Source: Acaryochloris marina S15 (GTDB lineage Bacteria > Cyanobacteriota > Cyanobacteriia > Thermosynechococcales > Thermosynechococcaceae). From it: DNA of 32,000 bases. The notes below the pieces were generated by a model. That model searched no databases. It saw only the letters and a list, made by a program, of their open reading frames with translations, and was not told the DNA's origin. The DNA is taken from contig NZ_CP064923.1 of assembly GCF_018336915.1 (NCBI RefSeq), positions 5,580,001 to 5,612,000 of the forward strand, written 5' to 3'. Shown here one piece after another: positions 27,031-32,000 of this stretch. The translations under genes were made by a program, and so were the position numbers. How positions within the stretch are numbered: position 1 is the first letter of the stretch; each line of letters begins with the position of its first letter.

Positions 27031-27522
27031 TCACTGCTCTGGTTGCAAAACCTTCGAGTAAATCAAATCGCAGCGTTCTGTCTCAATACCCGTCGCAGGC
27101 AAATACCCACCACTCTCATACAGCTTCACCGCCTCCTTCAACACCGAAGCCGTCTCAATCCAAACTTCTCGAAAGCCCTGGGCCGCAATCTCCTGCTCCA
27201 ACCGCTGCAATAACCAGCGTCCTAACCCCTTCCCTCGCACCTGGGGCAACAAATACATCTTGCGAATCTCTACCGTGCCTACCCCGCGATTCACCGGATA
27301 AAATGCTGCTGTTCCCACCACCTGCCCCTGCTGCTCCACCACCCAGAAGGCACCCCTGACCTGCAAATAGACCGTCTCCACTTCATAAACATCGCGATCC
27401 GCCCCGTCTGGCTCCCAGCCAATCCCATACTCCGCCAACACTGACCGAATCACCTCCGCTGCCACCTGCCGATCTTGAGGCTGCCAGGCGCGAATCACAA
27501 AATCACGAAATTGGTCCTGCAT
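27031..27522 (-). CDS. GNAT family N-acetyltransferase
   Basis: 163 aa with the acetyl-CoA motif QVRGKGLGRWLL. Its start overlaps the miaE stop (TAATG). Confidence 0.8.
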   Translation of the reverse strand: MQDQFRDFVIRAWQPQDRQVAAEVIRSVLAEYGIGWEPDGADRDVYEVETVYLQVRGAFWVVEQQGQVVGTAAFYPVNRGVGTVEIRKMYLLPQVRGKGLGRWLLQRLEQEIAAQGFREVWIETASVLKEAVKLYESGGYLPATGIETERCDLIYSKVLQPEQ

Positions 27523-28154
27523 TAGCTGTGAATCCGGGGGTGAGGGTGGAGACTCGCTAGCAGCTCACTTTCCACCGTGGCCAACTCCTGCAGGCGAGCC
27601 GTCACCTCATCCACCTCAAAATAAGTCGTTGCCAAGACCCAATAAGCCCCATAGTGACGGGCTTCTGAGGCCATTAAACTGCGATAAAACTTGGCCAACT
27701 CCGGGTCTGGAAGATGCTGGGCCAGCAATCCCAACCGCTCATGACTTCGGGCTTCAATCAGTCCCGACACTAGCAGCATATCCAGCAAGCGCTCTGGCTC
27801 ATCTCGGCGGACTTGAGCACTGAGCTTCGATCCATAGGGAGGGGCAGGCAACGGTGCCATCGGAATGTCTCGCCGATCCAACCATTGATTCACCAGCTCA
27901 AAATGCTCCAACTCTTCCCTGGCAATCGCTGTAAGCGTTCGTACCAACTGGGTATAGGACGGATAGCGAAACATCATATTGACCGCCACTCCTGCCGCCT
28001 TACGCTCGCAGTGGGAATGATCGAGTAAAATCGTGTCTAGATTTTGGAGAGCCTGGTCAATCCATTCTGGGCACGTTGGATGCTGCAGAAATTTGATTGT
28101 GGGTTGTACCCGCTCATTTGCAGGCGTATCAGTTGGCAGCGTCGCATCAATCAT
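27522..28154 (-). CDS. miaE: tRNA-(ms2io6A37)-hydroxylase
   Basis: 210 aa. LLDHSHCERKAAGVAV, EELEHFE and EARHYG are di-iron ferritin-like motifs as in MiaE. Confidence 0.85.
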   Translation of the reverse strand: MIDATLPTDTPANERVQPTIKFLQHPTCPEWIDQALQNLDTILLDHSHCERKAAGVAVNMMFRYPSYTQLVRTLTAIAREELEHFELVNQWLDRRDIPMAPLPAPPYGSKLSAQVRRDEPERLLDMLLVSGLIEARSHERLGLLAQHLPDPELAKFYRSLMASEARHYGAYWVLATTYFEVDEVTARLQELATVESELLASLHPHPRIHS

Positions 28155-28281
28155 GGTGTTGGCATCGGATTTACCCTTCTTTACCTTAATCGCTCCTAGA
28201 CAGCTTGCCTACCAGAGGATTTTGATTTTTACCCACAGGGGATCTAGAGTGTTGAGAACGCCTGCTGAGGGACTCATCAAC

Positions 28282-29598
28282 ATGAAGTGGATAATGCGAT
28301 CGCAACTCTGGCACGCCCAAAATCCGTTCCATCGCCTATCGAAACGACTGCGCTTTATAGTGCTGAGTCTGCTGGTCTGCTTAAGCATCATCGGTGGCTA
28401 TGTAGTCTGGGCACAACAGCCCGTCCGTTTATCGATGATGCTACAAGGGCAAGAAATTCCTAACTGGCAGCTGATTGTTGATGATTTCGAGGCCCAAAAC
28501 CCCGACATCAAAATTGACCTGATTGAAGGCCCTAACGCCACTAATCTACGAGAGGACCTCTACACCACATCTTTTCTGCTGGGCGATTCCCCCTACGACT
28601 TGATCTACATGGATATCGTCTGGGCACCCAAATTTGCGGCGGCAGGATGGCTGCTCGACCTCTCTGATCGGATTACCGATGCAGAACTGGCTGAGTTTAT
28701 GCAGGGAGACGTAGACGGGGGACGCTATGAAGAGGGCCTCTATCGCATGCCTTTCCGCTCCGATGGCGGCATGCTCTACTATCGCCAGGATTTACTCGAT
28801 GCAGCAGGCTTTGATCCACCCAACTCCACCGCCGAACTGATTAAAATCTCCAAAGAACTGCAATCCCAGGGCAAAGCCCAATGGGGCTATGTCTGGCAGG
28901 GCAAGCAGTATGAAGGGGCTGCCGCTATGTTTGTGGAAATGTTAGAAGGCTTTGGCGGCTATTGGGTCAATCCCGAAACCAAAGAGGTGGGACTCGATAG
29001 TCCAGAAGCCATTGAATCCCTGAAATTTCTGCAAACCACCGTTGCCGATAAGATTTCTCCTCCCGGCACCACCGCCACCGACGAGGAAGTAGCTCGCCTG
29101 CAGTTCCAAAGTGGCAACGCAGTGTTTATGCGCAACTGGCCCTATGCTTGGAAGCTGGGCAACACCGAGCCGAGTTCCAAAATCCAAGGCAAGTTTGGCA
29201 TTAAGCCCATGGTCCATGCAGCAGGCCTCGGGAGCGGCGCTTGTCAGGGGGGCTGGGGGGTCGGCATCTCGAAAACAACGCGTCATGCCGATGAAGCCTG
29301 GCGAGCCGTCGAATACTTCAGCAGCACGGAAGCCCAGCGTAAATTTATTTTGGCCTCTGGGTTTGTGCCGAGCCGTAAAGCGCTCTTTACCGATCCCACT
29401 CTAGTCAAAGAGTATGAGTACTTACCGGATTTGCAAAAAGTGATTGAAAGCTCTGTGTTGCGTCCTCCGATTGCCCAATATGCTCAGGCATCGGATATTT
29501 TGCAGCGATATCTCAGTGCCGCCTTAACCGGGCGACAAACACCGAGCGAAGCCATGCAAGCTGCTGCCCAAGAAACCCGACAGCTTTTGAAAACCTGA
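28282..29598 (+). CDS. ABC transporter substrate-binding protein (carbohydrate, family 1)
   Basis: I prefer the ATG at 28282 (MKWIMRSQ...RFIVLSLLVCLSIIGGYVVWA anchor). The tracked start at 28033 overlaps miaE on the opposite strand. YDLIYMDIVW, MLYYRQDLL and GGWGVGISK fit sugar-binding proteins. Confidence 0.85.
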   Translation: MKWIMRSQLWHAQNPFHRLSKRLRFIVLSLLVCLSIIGGYVVWAQQPVRLSMMLQGQEIPNWQLIVDDFEAQNPDIKIDLIEGPNATNLREDLYTTSFLLGDSPYDLIYMDIVWAPKFAAAGWLLDLSDRITDAELAEFMQGDVDGGRYEEGLYRMPFRSDGGMLYYRQDLLDAAGFDPPNSTAELIKISKELQSQGKAQWGYVWQGKQYEGAAAMFVEMLEGFGGYWVNPETKEVGLDSPEAIESLKFLQTTVADKISPPGTTATDEEVARLQFQSGNAVFMRNWPYAWKLGNTEPSSKIQGKFGIKPMVHAAGLGSGACQGGWGVGISKTTRHADEAWRAVEYFSSTEAQRKFILASGFVPSRKALFTDPTLVKEYEYLPDLQKVIESSVLRPPIAQYAQASDILQRYLSAALTGRQTPSEAMQAAAQETRQLLKT

Positions 29599-29608
29599 TT
29601 CCCGCCTA

Positions 29609-31474
29609 CTACAGGGTCAAGGCAACGCGAAACCCAATATCATTGACGCGATTGTTGGGAGTATAGCGACTGCGATTGGCGGCGCGACAATACCGGGGTT
29701 TGTTATACCAAGATCCGCCCCGGAGAACCCTTGGATCGTTTTCTTTAGTGGTTATCCAGGGGCTGCCGTCGATAGGGGCCCCATCATAGTTTTTATGCCA
29801 GCAGTCTAAGCACCATTCATAGACATTGCCATGCATGTCATACAACCCAAAGTTATTGGGAGAGAACCGTCCTACAGGCGTTGTCGATTCTCGATAGACG
29901 CCTTTGGGGCCCTGGCCATACACAAATTGCCCCTGATAGTTGGCCTGCTGAGAAGAGAGAGTAGGGCCATAGGAAAACGGGGTCGCTGTACCTGCCCGAC
30001 AGGCATATTCCCATTCAGCTTCGCTGGGTAATCGATACTCACGACCGGCTTTTTGAGACAGGCGAGCACAAAACTCGATGGCTTCTCGCCAGGAGATTTG
30101 CTCGACGGGGTAGGTGGCTCCCTTAAATTTGGAGGGATCGTAATGGATATCTTGGGACACTTTCGGCAAAGCTGCAATCGCCCGCCACTGCAGTTGGGTA
30201 ATTACAAACTTACCCATAAAAAACGGGGCAATCTTGACGGAATGGTACGGCCCTTCATGGGTATCCCGCTTCAGTTCATGGTTCGGGGAGCCCATCATAA
30301 ACTGTCCCCCTGGAAGTGCCACCATTTCCAGCTTGACGCCATTACCCAGAGTTTCTTGAAAAAACTCTGCATCTCGCTGCCGACGTTGGGCGACTTCGCC
30401 TTTACTGTTAACGGTCACCACTTCAAACTGAAACGTTTTCAGCAATGGATGCTCTACTGAGAGGATCGTTTGGGGCGGAATGGGGACTGGCTTGTTATGG
30501 GGCTGGCTAGTCACCAGCTTAGTGGGAGCGACAGACAGCTGGGAAAAGGTCTTAGTGGGGGCTGACGATGGCAATTGGATCACATGTTGCGCTTGCAGGT
30601 CCGCGAGGACGGCGGCGGCAGAACCGTAGCGCTGGCGCAAATCATTTTGCAAAAGTTTATCCAAAATCGTCCGAAATCGCGAACTCAGAGGAATCTGAAC
30701 ATACTGCTGCCACTGACTGATCCAGCTATAGCCGTACTGCAAGAAAAAGGTATAGGGAACCTTATTGGTCATCAACTGAAAGCAAGACACCCCCAGACTA
30801 AACAGATCGCTGGCGGGGATGGACTTCCCTTCCTGCATTTGTTCTAAGGCTGCATAACCTTGGGAACCCAAAGTCGTGCCCGTTTTCATCAGCATCGACT
30901 CTGTAAAGCGTCGAGAAACCCCAAAATCGATTAGGACGAGTTTGCCATCATCATCCCGTCGCATGATGTTTTCGGGCTTCAGATCTCGGTGAATCACCCC
31001 CTGAACATGAATATCTCGCAAGACGGGCAAAATATTCAGGAGCAATTCACGAATTTTAGGTTCGCCAAACACGCCAGTGGTTTGGAGTTCTTTGAGCAGC
31101 GTATGGCCTTTGACAAATTCCTGAGCCAGGTAGAGATTGACTCCTTCTGTAAAGTAGGCATATAAGGTTGGAATCTGAGGATTTTGGCCTAGTTGCTGCA
31201 GTTGTTGGGCTTCTTGAGCAAATAGCTCCTCTGCACGCTGAACGGCCCAGGTACCTTGAGACTGATAAGCCAGCTGCTTGACCACACAGGGCTGATGGTG
31301 GTTGTGGGTATCTTCTGCCAAATAGATTTTGCCAAATCCGCCCCGGTCCAAGGGATGAAGAATCTTAAATCGATCGCTTAATAATGAAACTAAGCGCAGA
31401 CCACATTGCTGACAATGCTTATGCGTGTCAGGATTTAGCGGCTTTTCACAATCTGGATTGAGGCAGCAGAGCAT
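29609..31474 (-). CDS. Ser/Thr protein kinase with an N-terminal 4-Cys zinc-ribbon prefix and a C-terminal FGE/SUMF1 (formylglycine-generating enzyme-like) domain
   Basis: 621 aa. CLNPDC...CQQC prefix. Kinase motifs are GGFGKIY, VVKQL, HRDLKPENI, DFG and GYAALE. The C-terminal domain has YRLPSEAEWEYACRAG, GLYDMHGNVYEW and RVLRGGSW. Confidence 0.9.
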   Translation of the reverse strand: MLCCLNPDCEKPLNPDTHKHCQQCGLRLVSLLSDRFKILHPLDRGGFGKIYLAEDTHNHHQPCVVKQLAYQSQGTWAVQRAEELFAQEAQQLQQLGQNPQIPTLYAYFTEGVNLYLAQEFVKGHTLLKELQTTGVFGEPKIRELLLNILPVLRDIHVQGVIHRDLKPENIMRRDDDGKLVLIDFGVSRRFTESMLMKTGTTLGSQGYAALEQMQEGKSIPASDLFSLGVSCFQLMTNKVPYTFFLQYGYSWISQWQQYVQIPLSSRFRTILDKLLQNDLRQRYGSAAAVLADLQAQHVIQLPSSAPTKTFSQLSVAPTKLVTSQPHNKPVPIPPQTILSVEHPLLKTFQFEVVTVNSKGEVAQRRQRDAEFFQETLGNGVKLEMVALPGGQFMMGSPNHELKRDTHEGPYHSVKIAPFFMGKFVITQLQWRAIAALPKVSQDIHYDPSKFKGATYPVEQISWREAIEFCARLSQKAGREYRLPSEAEWEYACRAGTATPFSYGPTLSSQQANYQGQFVYGQGPKGVYRESTTPVGRFSPNNFGLYDMHGNVYEWCLDCWHKNYDGAPIDGSPWITTKENDPRVLRGGSWYNKPRYCRAANRSRYTPNNRVNDIGFRVALTL

Positions 31475-31686
31475 TATGGGATCAGCAAGGAAGGAGAAAA
31501 AGCCTTCTCTAGCCCACTTTAGCCTTGAATCATAAAAATTGAGAGGAGGGTCTTAATGTTTTTTATCTGACGACAAAAACAAATGACAAGGGGGCATCAC
31601 GGGCGCAGACAATGCTGACTCGTAGTGGGTGGGGCAATGTCTACTATTCTAGAGGGAAGTCTGACCCACTAAACTGATTGCCGAGT

Positions 31687-32000
31687 ATGCCTATGTCCAA
31701 CCTCAAAACGGTTCGAGATCGGGAGAAACTGACGGGTTGGTTGCTGATTACCCCTGCTTTGCTCCTATTGCTGCTGGTCTTTGCCTATCCAATTGGTCGG
31801 GCTTTTTGGTTGAGTTTATTTACCAAAAACCTAGGCACAAACTTACAGCCTGTATTTACGGGTATCGGCAACTATAGCCGCATGATGGGCGACGGACGAT
31901 TCTGGCAAAGTATTGGCAACACCACGATCTTTACTGCGATCGCAGTCAGTATCGAACTGATTTTGGGCATGGGGGTGGCCCTGGTTCTCAACCAGAGCTT
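31687..32000 (+). CDS. Carbohydrate ABC transporter permease (MalF/UgpA-like), 3'-truncated by the window edge
   Basis: Hand translation from the ATG at 31687 gives MPMSNLKTVRDREKLTGWLLITPALLLLLLVFAYPIGRAFWLSLF...GNYSRMM.DGRFWQSIGNTTIFTAIAVSIELILGMGVALVLNQ. This is the typical N-terminus of this family, and the frame stays open to the window end. Confidence 0.8.
   Translation, partial: MPMSNLKTVRDREKLTGWLLITPALLLLLLVFAYPIGRAFWLSLFTKNLGTNLQPVFTGIGNYSRMMGDGRFWQSIGNTTIFTAIAVSIELILGMGVALVLNQS

Noticed and set aside
26988-27359. 123-aa Pro/Ser/Thr-rich ORF on the plus strand, plus the 65-aa ORF at 27016..27213
   Set aside because: Both are antisense to a well-supported GNAT gene (27031..27522). 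The low-complexity translation is typical of an antisense frame in GC-normal coding DNA.
28033-28281. 83-codon N-terminal extension of the substrate-binding protein ORF
   Set aside because: It overlaps miaE on the opposite strand and is Cys/Arg-rich and non-protein-like. The ATG at 28282 gives a normal signal/anchor sequence.

Overview
The window looks like cyanobacterial chromosome. G+C is roughly 50% in sampled lines, I count at least 13 copies of the HIP1 octamer GCGATCGC by eye, and it carries petH, a VKOR-thioredoxin fusion and several cyanobacteria-restricted DUF families. Most of it is densely packed housekeeping genes: trpD, rpmF (59 aa, missing from the ORF track), a PrxQ-type peroxiredoxin, petH, tyrA, apt, miaE, tRNA-Cys(GCA) and sugar ABC transporter parts.

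Two segments look accessory. (1) 12.24-13.88 kb is a sharply AT-rich island between tyrA and petH. It encodes an orphan 435-aa polytopic membrane protein and possibly a 57-codon hydrophobic ORF. (2) 21.1-27.0 kb is a defence/addiction-like cluster: a truncated orphan HicB-like gene, a Phd/YefM-ParE pair, a Uma2 endonuclease, and a ~905-aa NB-ARC-like P-loop NTPase with C-terminal TPR repeats. That NTPase gene is cleanly split by an intact ISAs1-family insertion sequence, with imperfect inverted repeats and a 10-12 bp target duplication. Removing the IS restores one open frame.

Other oddities:
- a DppB/OppB-type ABC permease with a seven-blade WD40 propeller inserted in its first periplasmic loop
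- a petH without the CpcD-like linker domain
- a DinG-like protein with degenerate Walker A and B motifs
- a CHASE2 sensor that stops right after its TM helices, next to a DUF928 gene
- a GGDEF 3' remnant
- a Ser/Thr kinase-FGE fusion sitting between parts of a sugar ABC system

I saw no CRISPR array, rRNA, integrase or reverse transcriptase. All family assignments come from motif recognition by eye and need HMM or BLAST confirmation.
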